NCBI RefSeq assembly: GCF_004010195.1
Contig: NC_057728.1
Span: 52,685,745 to 52,749,744, forward strand
Length of the DNA stretch: 64,000 nt
Source: Chiloscyllium plagiosum
Lineage: Eukaryota
Reading direction: 5' to 3'
Below the pieces are notes generated by a model, which ran no database searches, was not told the DNA's origin, and worked only from the letters and a program-made list of their open reading frames with translations. Positions within the stretch are counted from its first letter, which is position 1; each line of letters opens with the position of its first letter. Shown here piece after piece: positions 51,492 to 63,060 of the stretch. Made by a program: the position numbers and the translations under genes.

Positions 51492-51666
51492 AAAATGTGT
51501 TGCTGGAAAAGCGCAGGTCAGGCAGCATCCAAGGAGCAGGAGAATCGACATTTTGGGCATGAGCCCTTCTTCAGGAATGCTTGGATGCTGCCTGACCTGC
51601 TGCACTTTTCCAGCAACACATTTTCAGCTCTGATCTCCAGCATCTGCAGTCCTCACTTTCTCCCTT
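51492..51666. mobile_element. Fold-back PLE terminal element (family A) inserted in the Gypsy 5' LTR
   Basis: 10-bp TSD tttatacctg (51482-51491 / 51667-51676); absent from the other LTR. Confidence 0.82.
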
Positions 51667-52147
51667 TTTATACCTGTCAACCAAGGCTCCCTGATTGGAC
51701 CAGATTAACAGCCCCAATCAGGGAACTCATATTCTATGAGATCCACCTGGCTGACCTCATTCTAATCACTAGCCATAACCCTTGAATCCCTTACTGATTA
51801 AAAATCAGTCTTTCTTAGCCATGAATATACTTAATATCTCAGCCTCAACATGGCACAGGAGAAAGGACGTCTTACTGCAGCTATACACACCTGGAATATT
51901 GTGAGAGGTTCTGGATACACTTGCCATAGAGGGAGTACAGCGAAGGTTCAGCAGACTGATTCCTGGAATGGGAGGTTTATCCTATGAGGATTGATTGGAT
52001 CAACTCGGCCAACTCACTGGAGATTAGAAGAATGAGAGATCTCATCGAAACATATAAAGTTGTTACAGGGCTGGACAGACTGGACATAGGACTAAAGTGT
52101 CCTCTTGTCCAGGGCTTCAGAACAAGTGGTCATGGTGAAAAGAACTA

Positions 52148-52894
52148 CTGTATATACTTGAGTAAAAGCTGAACTCCTATTTTTGGTCAAAAAATCTGGA
52201 ATTTTCCTTATATCTCATGTAAAGGTTGACCTCACAGATAACAGGTCAACATTTGTGAGTGAAGGTACTATCCTATACGTAAATGTTATGAGGAGGAAGT
52301 TAATTTTTTCTTGTGCTGTTATGCGTTTTGATCTACAACTCACACCAGTTTGGCGCGAAAGTTTAAGATGCATCAGGTCAGAGTCAGGTGACAACCTCCC
52401 TTTGTGTGCAGCTCAGCTGAGCTCAATTCCCCTATGGCACTCACTGAGCACAGTCATATACCTAGTTGAGGTTTGAAATTCCTTCATCATTTTGTGTAAA
52501 AATGTCCTCCAAATTATGAAGCTTTATTTGGTGCTGAAGATGTTGAACAGTGTGATTTTGTAGAATTTTAATGAACTTTTGTATTTGACATGTTTAATTT
52601 AATTTGTACCATGTAGTTGTAATTTAAAGCAGTATTATATTTCTACTTCACTTTTTGTATGTATAAATAAAGCTTATTAATTCATTTTTGATTCTATTGT
52701 TTTTATCGTAATTACCATAATTTGTTGTGTTGTTTTTCTTTATTCGTTTAGGGATCAATTGGGGCTTCTGCTAATGATGTGGTATTTTGGACTGAATTTC
52801 AGCCCCTCAAAAGTAGTACAAATGTAATACTCTACCCCATAAATTTAATCTTAAAAAAGTCTAAAAATTTTGACTTTTATACAAGTATATACGT
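52148..52894. mobile_element. Non-autonomous Tc1/mariner (Tc2/pogo-like) DNA transposon
   Basis: TA|ctgtatatacttgagtaaaagc ... gacttttatacaagtatatacgt|TA: TIRs resembling CCGTATATACTCG, with a TA TSD. Confidence 0.7.
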
Positions 52895-53402
52895 TATAAC
52901 AATGCATGCTATTTTTTGTGAAATAATTGCCTGGAGTGGAAGTCCAAACAGAAAGGATCTCATAAATGCCGTGGAGCTGCATTTTCTCATGTGAATTCCT
53001 TCCTACCCAATTTTCCTGCCTCGATTCCTGCCAAATGATTCTTATGTATAACTGGAAAATCTGCTTTCTTTCACTTTTAACACTGTAAATACTGTGTAAA
53101 TAAACCAGCCAGTCATGAAGGATAATTAAGCCTTTGGGTTGGGATAGCTGATTACCTGAGTAACTTTATCATTTCCTGATTTAATTCAAGCAGTGAGCTT
53201 CGCTGCCGGTAATACCCATTTAGAAATATTTGAGCTTGTTTTACACAGAGAGACTCTAAAATATGTACGATCAAGTAGCTGGACAGCTGGTAAATGATAC
53301 CAATGGAAGGGAAAATGCAGTTGAAAACAGAGTCAGATCTGTCAGGATTGTATTGAATGGCAAGTAGGCTAGTAGGGCCAAATGGCTCACTTATGTTCTT
53401 AG

Positions 53403-53672
53403 CTCATTTGCACGTTATCCCCTTGCTTGTGTGGGTTTCCTCCGGATGCTTTGGTTTCCTCCCGCAGTCAAAAGATGTGCAGGTTAGGTGGATTGGCCTT
53501 GCTAAATTGCTCGTAGTGTCTAGGGATGTGCAGGCTAGGTGGATTATAGCAAGTACAGGGATATGGGGAGAGAGTAGGGGACTGGGTCTGGGTGGGTTGC
53601 TTTTTGGAGTGTCGGTGCAGACTCTAAGACCTGAATAGCCTCTTCCCATACCGAAGGGTTTCTATGATTCTA
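53403..53672 (+). mobile_element. HE1-type SINE (5'-truncated)
   Basis: tttgcacgttatcccc..gtgggtttcctccggatgct..gatgtgcaggttaggtggattggcc..gctaaattgc. Confidence 0.75.
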
Positions 53673-53694
53673 ACTTGTATGTTTATAAGAATCA

Positions 53695-53910
53695 GAGCTG
53701 GAAATGTGTTGCTGGAAAAGCGCAGCAGGTCAGGCAGCATCCAGGGAACAGGAGAATCGACGTTTCGGGCATAAGCCCTTCTTTCCTGAAGAAGGGCTTA
53801 TGCCCGAAACGTCGATTCTCCTGTTCCCTGGATGCTGCCTGACCTGCTGCGCTTTTCCAGCAACACATTTCCAGCTCTGATCTCCAGCATCTGCAGACCT
53901 CACTTTCTCC
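53695..53910. mobile_element. Very young fold-back PLE terminal element (family A) with intact hammerhead core at 53783-53816
   Basis: Perfect inverted arms of about 90 bp (53691-53781 / 53791-53881); 15-bp TSD tgtttataagaatca (53680-53694 / 53911-53925). Confidence 0.88.
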
Positions 53911-55184
53911 TGTTTATAAGAATCACACTGTCTTACCATCGCATAATTGGGCAACACCAACTTCCAACGACAACACGTTGCATCTTTGTAGCTTTGCAGC
54001 AGTGTTAGTGAACAAAATATAATATTGAGCCACATAAAGAGCTGTTGAAGCAAGTGATCAAATGCTTTGTGAAAGGAGGAAAGTTTTAAGGTGCCTCCTA
54101 AAGGGAGGTAGAATTCCAGAGCTTAGAACCTGAACTGTTGAACACATGGCTGCCAATAAATAGCGTGATTTGATGGATGGATGTTAATGATCATGTGGCA
54201 CTTGTTTGGAGAAGAACAGAGAGGTCCCTAGTGTTCTGCTGAATTTCCTCCACTGGTATGAATTACTGTATTGTCCTGCTGAGGTTGGCAACTGCATGTC
54301 TGACAGTACACTCAAAAAGTATTCAAAAATAGTCTGTAACGTGCTTTGCAATGTTCTAAGGCCACAAAAGTGTTCATACAAATCTTTCTTTTGTTATTCC
54401 AAGATCACCTCAGGCTTACTACATCAGCATTGAAATTGGAGATCAATTTGCAGCATACACTGTGTACTGGACACAACTGAGGAGATATAACTACAAGCAA
54501 GAGGTGATTTCTTCTTTGTCAGCATCAGTTAGGCACGGATTGCCGGGTGAATGATCTGTTTCCATTTACAGCTCCATTCAGATAAAGAACATGACGTCGA
54601 GGTAACCTGGTGTTGTGTGATTTTTAACTTTGCCAGGTAAAGAACAGGGGAATGCCCCTGGCATCCCAGCCAACATCAATCTGTGAAGGAGGAAATTTGC
54701 AGCGTGCAAATTAGTTACCAATTTTACAAAGTAATTTCTCAGCTGTGAAGTGCGAGTAACCATGCTGGGAGCATGAAGAAAACTGCATAAATGTAGATTA
54801 AATCCTCATGTTTTTCTTGTACACCATAGGGGTAGCTCAACGGGAGGAGGTGGGTGGGATTTTGGGAAGCAGAGTGGCTCCCAGCGTTGCAGTTGCAAAG
54901 AACAAATGGTCTTGGCAATGTGCTGTTTCTCACCACCTCCTTGGAAACAACAAAGAATTGTCTACCCTCACATAAACTCCTTTGATGAAAGAGGGGCTGG
55001 TCTTTGGAACATTTTCAAAAGGTAATTAAAATGTTCTGCATTGTGCATACCCACATGCATACAGCTGCAGTAAAAAATGACAGTGTTCCTTAAAAAAAAG
55101 TGACCAATATCTGTCTGGATTTCAGACCTAGAATCCCTCCCCCAAATGTTTCCACCTCTAATCTTTGCCCACCCCTTAGATCAA

Positions 55185-55470
55185 CCAACGCAAGGGACCC
55201 GGGTTCAATTCTCGTCTCGGGCAACTGTCTGTGCGGAGTTTGCACATCCCTGTGTCTGCATGGGTTTCCTCCAGGTGCTCCAGTTTCCTCCCACAGTCTA
55301 AAGATAAGCAGGTGAGGTGAATTGACCATGCTAAATTGCCCATAGTATTAGGTGCCTTAGTCAGGGGTAAATGTATGGGTCTGGGTGGATTGCTCTTCAG
55401 AGGGTCGGTATGGACTTGTTGGGCCGAAGGGCCTGTTTCCACACTGCAGGGAATCTAATCTGTAGGGAAT
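55185..55470 (+). mobile_element. HE1-type SINE
   Basis: agggacccgggttcaattc (B box), ctgtctgtgcggagtttgcac, gctaaattgcccatag, gggccgaagggcctgtttcc tail. Confidence 0.82.
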
Positions 55471-56542
55471 CCAATCAAATATGGAATCACACGTCTTTCA
55501 CCAACATTTAGCCAGCTGCTCTAGACTGGATGTAATCCTCTCATCCATGCACAGGTGACCTTGGATGAGGAAAGGTAGGGATTCACACACAGAATATGAA
55601 TTAGGAGCAGAATTAAGCTGTTCTAGCCCTGCAGCCAGCTCCACTACTCAACAAGTTCAGAGTTGAGCTGTTTGTCCTGGATTATCCAATGCTCAGACAG
55701 TCATAATACCAGTGTACACAGATAGAGTGCATGGGTCTCTGAAGAGCACCCAATGTAACAGGCTCCAAAGGAATTGCCTCGGAAATTGAAGATTCCTACG
55801 AGCAACTTCTCTAGGTCAGGAATCCTCTGAAAGTCTCTGTTTAAATTGGAGAATTTGGAGAGTTCTGACGTAATTAAGTAAATAGCTACTCAGCAAAGGT
55901 TAGAACATTTAAGACATAATCTAAATCTTGAATAACTATTCAGCTGGCCCTACGTTCACTTCGCATATGCCCAAATAGCATATGCCCTCCTGACTCTGAT
56001 CTGACAATCCCAGGACCCAACACGCCCCAGCTGCTCTGGACCCCAACCCCTTACCTGACCCACCCTCACCTATTCTGGACCAGGGCCCTTTAAGCTCCTC
56101 TGACTCCCACCCCCTTTTCAGTGCCCAGAAGCTGAACTTCATCACCAGCATTAAACCTGGTGCCCTTTCACCTGCTTGGAGCCAACCCCAAATCACCAGC
56201 TATGGACCCAGCACTCCCTTCACTGCCATGCAGGTGGGCAGACGTTGGACACAGTTAGGGTAGGGATCATGTATTGTTCCAACACCCAAAGAATTTTTAC
56301 GATGCTGAGATTCCTCTCAGTATCTCTGTCTTTGGCTCGCTGTCAATTCTTGTTTGTTTAGACAGCAACTCTCCAGATTAAAGGAGCTATTAAAAATCAT
56401 GTTGATTAGTTGTAGCAATCAATCAATCTCCTGCATTTTGAAATTATATCAATATCTGGACCATGTTGCATTCTTACCCTGCAGCAACAAAATATTAGCC
56501 CTAACCTGAATGTGACCCCTAACAAAAATAACCACCTGAAAA

Positions 56543-57010
56543 TACTGGAATGTCCAAGAATTCTGGTCTCCTTCCTATTGGAAGGATGTTGTGAAAGGGT
56601 TCAGAAAAGATTTACTAGGATGTTGCCAGGGTTGGAGGATTTGAGCTATTGGGAGAGGTTGAATAGGCTGGGGCGGTTTTCATTGAAATGTCGGAGGCTG
56701 AGGGGTGATCTTATAGAGATTTATAAAATCACGAGGGGCATGGATAGGATAAATAGACAAAGTATTTTCCCTGGGGTGAGGGAGTCCAGAACTAGAGGGC
56801 ATAGGTTTCGTGTGAGAGGGGAAAGATATAAAAGAGACCTAGGGGGCGACTTTTTCACACAGAGGGTGGTATGTGTATGGAATAAACTGCCAGAGGATGT
56901 GGTGGAGGCTGGTACAATTGAAACATTTAAAAGGCATCTGGATGGGTATATGAATAGGAAGGGTTTGGAGGAATATGGGCCGGGTGCTGGCAGGTGGGAC
57001 TAGGTTGGTT
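56543..57010 (+). mobile_element. CR1 LINE 3' fragment
   Basis: ERVQKRFTRMLPGLEDLSY.ERLNRLG.FSL..RRLRGDLIE. Confidence 0.9.
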
Positions 57011-59282
57011 TCACTTGATTACCTTGTTGACTTTGTTAATATTCACTTAAACCCATTTCAACTTTTGGGTAAACATTACATTATAAAGGCCAAAGACTGT
57101 TCTTAAATATGTTGCAAATTTGTTGTTTCGGTGCACCTAAGACAAAGCAGCAAATTCTGCTTTGAAGGAGCACGATTTATAACCATGTCTCTATGGGCAC
57201 AACCGGATATAAAGCTAAGCTGTGATTCAACAAAATCTGTTATTAATTAACCGCAGCCTACAGGATGACTAAAACTTCTTTTCATCTAAGCTGTGTGTTT
57301 GTGTTTAGTCTGGAGAAGATTGTCATCTGGAGGCAACTCATTTCTCAAGGGAGGAATGGGTGCCTGGCTCATGCAAGTAGGGTGAGGAACCTTTGGAACA
57401 TGGCACACCAGTCTGAGGGGGAACATGATGCCACTTTCAGAAGGGCCAGTAAAGGGATGAGCAGCTCCCTCACCAATTTTGCGTCATGCCCTATTTTGAG
57501 ATTCCACAAGTATGCAAAGCAAGCATCCTTGGTTGGCTTTTGTATCCCATTGTTGGCTTTGGCAACCATTGGATAAACCTCTGTCTGTTTGCACCAGACC
57601 ATTCAGGACTTTAAAGAGACCACTCTCAGGAAAGGACCAAAACTTCCTCCAAGGGTCGAGGGTATTTTTGTAGCGACAAGTGGGTTGCATCCAGCTCACT
57701 CCTACCTGAGATCCTTCAGCATTGCTTCCTGGAAGGTCCGACAACAGCCATTCCACCAGCCCTCCAAATTCCCAGTACCCCACTCTCCGCCTCAGAGCTA
57801 AACTCCAGATCTGCTCAATACCCTGCCCTTCCATACCCTCAGCAAGCAGCACTGGCAGATCAGGTCTCCATCACCCGGTGGCAGAAATGCCCCAGGTCCC
57901 TCTCCCTGCCACCTCCCCACTTTACACTTCTTTTGCATGTTCCCTTAAAACCAGTATGATCATTTTCTGACTGCTTTTAAACATCTTCGTTATTGGAAAC
58001 TGTTGACATCTGTTTATCACTTGTGGTCAATGATGCCCAGCAGAGTTTTTGCTTCATTGATTATATCAATCAACTGGATTTCCCATTCCACAAAAAAAAT
58101 TATTGATCAGAAATAAATCAGCATTTGGAAAAATGATCTGTTTTCTAACTATCGTTAAAATGAAGTTACAGTCAGAGAGTTCCATGTACTATAGAAGATT
58201 CAAATTGCCACTTGCACTTGTAGACTGGGGATACTGACTGTCAGGGTTGGTGATCCAATTTTCTCTAATGAAAGGGTTTGCCAGGAGTCACTCTCATTTT
58301 TACCACTGGGCCTGTGTTTGAGTGAGTTGTATTGTAGGTTGATACTCAAACTGTTTGAGTTGAAGCACAAATGCATCTTCTTTGATGAAAGTAGGATTTG
58401 AACCCAGAGCTTACAGCTCTGAGATAGGGATACCAAACCCAAGAACCCACCATTGCAAAGGAGATAAAGCCAAACTATTCCCTCTGTAGTGTGTGGACTA
58501 GTAACCAGAGGTAATAGATTTAAATTCATCAAAAGGGGGAGATGAGAATAGTATTCATTCAAAGGACTGCTGGGCTCAGGAATTCATTAGGATTGGCAGC
58601 AGCAATCTTTTGAACAGTTGGGAGTGATTCAATTCCAGCTTTTTTAACAGCACAGGACAATAATGTTGATTTAAAACACACCCAGGAATGGGCAAAGGTT
58701 TACATTATGACAAACCACACCGGTTTTCTTATCAGTTTATAACCAGCAACAAGTGCAGCTGTAAACAATTACAAGAGGGCCAAACAACAGCTGTCCGCTA
58801 ACTGGTTTTAGGCTAGTTCTGCTGAAAGTGGGATTCGAGACCCCAAATCGGGTCACAGGCTGAACGTTTGGAGTCATGAGGACTGAGGCAGCAATGGTGA
58901 ACACCACCATCAATCTCTAACAGGTCTTGTCCTCCCTATTTCCATGACTGCCTAAGGGGTCACAGCTGTTTTTAAGTTACAGTGGGAAAAGTGTTGGGAA
59001 GTATTGTTTAAGGTTATTCACTAGAAGCTTCCACTTTGTTTTGCATCAGGGCTGTCTAGAATGTGACTTGAATTTATCCCTTCTAATGTCAAAGATGTCT
59101 AGTAGCCGGTGGTCACTCCAAAAGCTGTTTAACCTTTTGTTCAGACAAAGACCATTTAAAAAGTCATCGCAACCAATCTCTATCAACAAATCGACAACAG
59201 ACTTTTCAGTTCCCTTTATCCTTTCACGGGATGCAGATTTCATCAGGAATGCCAACATTCATTGCCTATTGATAATTATACA

Positions 59283-60985
59283 GTCATAGAGTCACAGTGC
59301 GGGAAAATACCCTTCCGTCCAACTCATCCATGCTGACCAGCATCCTAAATTAATCTAGTCCAATTTATAGAATCAAAGAGATGTATGGAATCAGACCCTT
59401 CAGTCCAACTTGTCTATGCTGACCAGATATCCTAAACTAATCTAGTCCCATTTTTTCAGCATTTGACCCATTTCCCTCAAAACCCTTCCTATTCATATTC
59501 CCATACAGTTGCCTTTTAAATGTTGCACCACCTCCTCTGGCAGCTCATTCCATACACACACCACCCTCTGCATGAAAATGTTGCCCCTTAGCTCCCTTTC
59601 AAAATCTTTCCCCTCTCACCTTAGACCTATGCCCCCTAGCTTTGGACTCCCCTACCCTGAAAAAAAGACCTTGGCTTTTCACCCTATCTATGCCCCATAT
59701 AATTTTACAAACGTCTATAAGGACTTCCCTCAGTCTCCGACGCTCCAAGGAAAACAGCCCTCGCCTATTCCCTATAGCTTAAACCTTCCAACCCTGGCAA
59801 CGGTCTTGTAAATCTTTTCTGAACTCTTTCAAATATAGAATAGTTTTCATTCAAAGGATTGTTAGGTTCAGATGTTGTGGGTTACAGAGGAACATAGATA
59901 AGATGCAGACCTGGGCTGAGAAGTGGCAAATGGAGTTTAATGCGGAAAGGTGTGAGGTAGTTCACTTCAGAAGAAGTAACAGGAATGCAGAGTACTGGGA
60001 TAATGGTAAAATTCTTGGCAGTGTAGAAGAAAAAGAGAGATCTCGGTGTCCATGTACATAGATCCCTGAAAGTTGCCACTCAGGTTGATAGGGTTGTTTG
60101 GAAGGCATATGCTGTGTTGGCGTTTATTGCTAGGTGGATTGAGTTTTGGATCCATGAGGTCATGCTTCAGCTGTTCAAGACACTGGCAAGGCCGCACCTA
60201 GAGTATTGTATGCAGTTCTGGTCACCACATTATAGGAAGGACGTGGAAGCTTTGGAAAGGGTTCAGGAGGAGATTTACTAGGATATTGCCTAGTATGGAA
60301 GGAAGGTCTTATGAGGAAAGGCTGAGGAAACTGAGGCTGTTTTTGTTGGAGAGATGAAGGTCGAGAAGTGACTTAATCAAAACACATAAGATAATTAGAG
60401 GGTTAGATAGGGTGGACATATAGAGCCTTTTTCCTTGGATGGTGAAGGCTAACACAAGGGGACATAGCTTTAAACTGAAAGGGGATAGATTTAGGACAGA
60501 TATTAGGGGTAGGTTCATCACTCAGAGTAGTAGGGGCATGGAATGGCTTGCCTGCAACAGTAGTAAACTCACAACATTTAGGGCATTTAAATTGGCATTA
60601 GACATACATATGAATAATAATGGAATTGTGTGGGTTAGATGGGCATCAGATTATTTTCACAGGTCGGCACAACATCGAGGGCTGAAGGGCCTGTACTGCA
60701 CTGTAACGTTCTATGTTCTATGTAAATTTCACAACATCTTTTCTTTAGCAGGGAGACCAGGAATGAACACAGTATTCCAAAAGTAGCATTACCAATATTC
60801 TGTTCAGCTGCAATATGACCTCCCAACTTCTATACTCAATGCACTGACCAATGAAAGCAAGCGTACCAAATGCATTCTTCACTATCCTGTCTACCTGTGA
60901 CACCACCTTCAAGGAACAATGAACATGTACCCCTTGGTCTCTTTGTTCGGCAACACTCCCCAGAGGCCTACCAGTAAGTGTATTG
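59283..60985 (-). mobile_element. CR1 3' fragment with a doubled tail, interrupted by an oppositely oriented CR1 3' fragment (about 59834-60722, plus strand)
   Basis: The host reading ..ctttcaa|..tttcacaacatc resumes at 60723; the insert has HLEYCMQFWSP and tail ctgtaacgttctatgttctatg. Confidence 0.82.
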
Positions 60986-62269
60986 CCCATAAATCTTGAT
61001 GGCTTGCTCGGCATTACAGAGGACAGTTGAGAATCAAACACTTTGCTGTGTGCCTGGAGTCACACATTGAACAGACTGCGTAAGGATGTCAGCGTTCCTT
61101 CCCTAAAAGGGCCATCAATATGGTTTCCATAGTTATTACTGAGACTAGCAATCAATTCCAGATTAATTGATTGAGTTAAAACTTCATCAGGTGCCATTTG
61201 AACCCATGTCCCTGGAACCTGAGCCTGGGCCTCTGGTTTGCTCGTTCATCAACATTATTATCATACCATATCCAACAACCTCCAAGAGGTATAAAAAACC
61301 TTGATGATGGGACCCATTGGTCGATAGGTAACCTCCTTCCTCCCAAACATAATGTCTCCTGAGTCATCTTTGTGAATTAGATTGTTTTCCAATCAAAAAC
61401 ATTGTGTTTCTAATTTATGGTAAAAGATCCACTGACTCCAGCAAAGGGTTCACTTATCGTTAAGTGAACTTTCTCCAAACAGCTAAAGGCTATTTACATT
61501 GTGACAGAAAGGACAAATTACATTGATATAGCACCTAGAATGTGGAAAGAAGTTTCACAGAAACAAAACCAATTGAACCTGAAGGAGGGTGATCAAAGAT
61601 TCATCAAAGAGAAGGGTCTAGAAGGACAGGGTAGCTGGGAGCTGTAAGGATATAGAATGTGAATTCTTAAGCATAAGATGATGGGAGAAACCACACTGGA
61701 CATCTCTGCATCAATTTTGCACAGCGCTAGAAGCGTGGTATTGTAGGAAAGGCTGGTCCCATGATGATCATGCTTCTAGGATGCTAATATTCTAGGACCA
61801 CCTTCTGTAGACTATAACTGACATTGGTGGTGGTTTTAGAGGTGCCACAGAAATGAACTCAATGACTGTGGACTGCGCTGACTTACAGTCTAACTGGCTT
61901 TCAGACTGCAGCAGATGCTGAAAAGTGAAACAACAGTGGCAGTCCATTGTTAGAATTGGGTGGCAATTTTACATTTCTGATGCTTCCACTATTGAGTGCT
62001 TAACCCTGCCATTTGCCAAAGCAGATTCCCCAGAAGCAGGGACTCTGAACATAAGATAGTTTTTGATAACTGCAGCAGGGAATTCCAGTGAAATTCATGC
62101 ACAGAATGCCAACACCGCTGCAAGCAATAGTGGAGGTGAATCTCATGAATGCATTTCAAGGGAAGTTGGATAAACACATGAAGGAAGAAGAAATAGAGGA
62201 ATGTGTTTATAGGGTGAGATGAAACAGAATGAGGGAAAGATGAATATGGTCAACTGGACTTGAATGGTC

Positions 62270-63060
62270 AGTTTCATTGCTGAAAATTTGATGCAATTCT
62301 GCAATAGGCATGGCAGGTGAAACATAATGTGGATAAGTGGGCTTCCCCTTGGTTGGAAGAACAGACATGTAGATTTATGGTGAGAAATGTTATGTCCAAA
62401 GAGACACTAATAACCTTTTTGCATAGTAAAGATACTATGCAAGTGTAGCAAGCAATTAGGAAAGCAAATGGTGTGTTGGCTTTATCATAAGAGGATTTGA
62501 GTACAATAGTAAAGATGTCTTTCTTCTTTTGCATACAACATAAGTGAGGTTACATCTTGAGTGCTGTGCACAGTTTTAAGCACCTTTCCTCAACAGAGTG
62601 TAGCACAGGTTCACTGATTCCTGGGGTGGCAGGACTATTCTATAAGGAAAGATTGTGGAAACTGTGTCTGTGTTCTCCAGAGTTTGAAAGAGGGACAGGT
62701 GATCTCACAAGGGGTGAAATTTACAAAATTCTGAAAGAGCTAGACTGGAGAAAGGACATTTTCCCCTGGCTAGAAGTCTAAAATGAAGTACCACAATCTC
62801 AGAGTAAGAGAAAAGCCATTTAGGACTGAAAAAGAGGAGGTATGTATTAACTCAGAGGGTCTTTGGAATTCTTTACACCAAATGGCTGTGTAAATTCAAT
62901 CACTGAAGATATTCAAAACAAAAATCAATAGATTTCTAGACAGAAATGACAGTAAGAAATATGGAGAAAGAGTAGGAAATTGGTGCTGAGGTAGATAAGC
63001 AACCGTAAACTAGAACAGCAGAGCTGGTCTGAGCAACTGAGTGGCCTATTCCTGTCTTCA
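62270..63060 (+). mobile_element. Old CR1/L2 3' fragment (an antisense old LINE tail follows to about 63800)
   Basis: gcaattaggaaagcaaatggtgtgttggc, ctttggaattctttacacc, tail gagtggcctattcctg. Confidence 0.55.

Larger units (their letters stand above)
45458..51771 (-). mobile_element. Decayed full-structure Gypsy/Ty3 LTR retrotransposon (gag-PR-RT-RH-IN)
   Basis: LTRs at about 45458-45678 and 51355-51771; TGG primer-binding site after ..TTTCA at 51355; polypurine tract agaggggaaggg beside the 3' LTR. gag QEPGESV..F..RLRRL...CDFG; protease LEIDTG; RT EWAAPV..LKPDGS..CGDFK and YLDD; RNase H LRSFLGLVNYYRKFI, IAYASRSL, VTDHK; integrase YHPSSNGLVEKAVQTLK. The domain order is Gypsy-type. Confidence 0.9.

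Noticed and set aside
56398..58076. Possible degenerate TIRs (gttgatt.. / ..aatcaac) around an unclassified repeat block
   Set aside because: The match is too weak and no TSD is seen; the interior could not be classified.
59041..59289. Overlapping ORFs on both strands in unique-looking DNA
   Set aside because: No recognisable homology and no convincing donor/acceptor pair.
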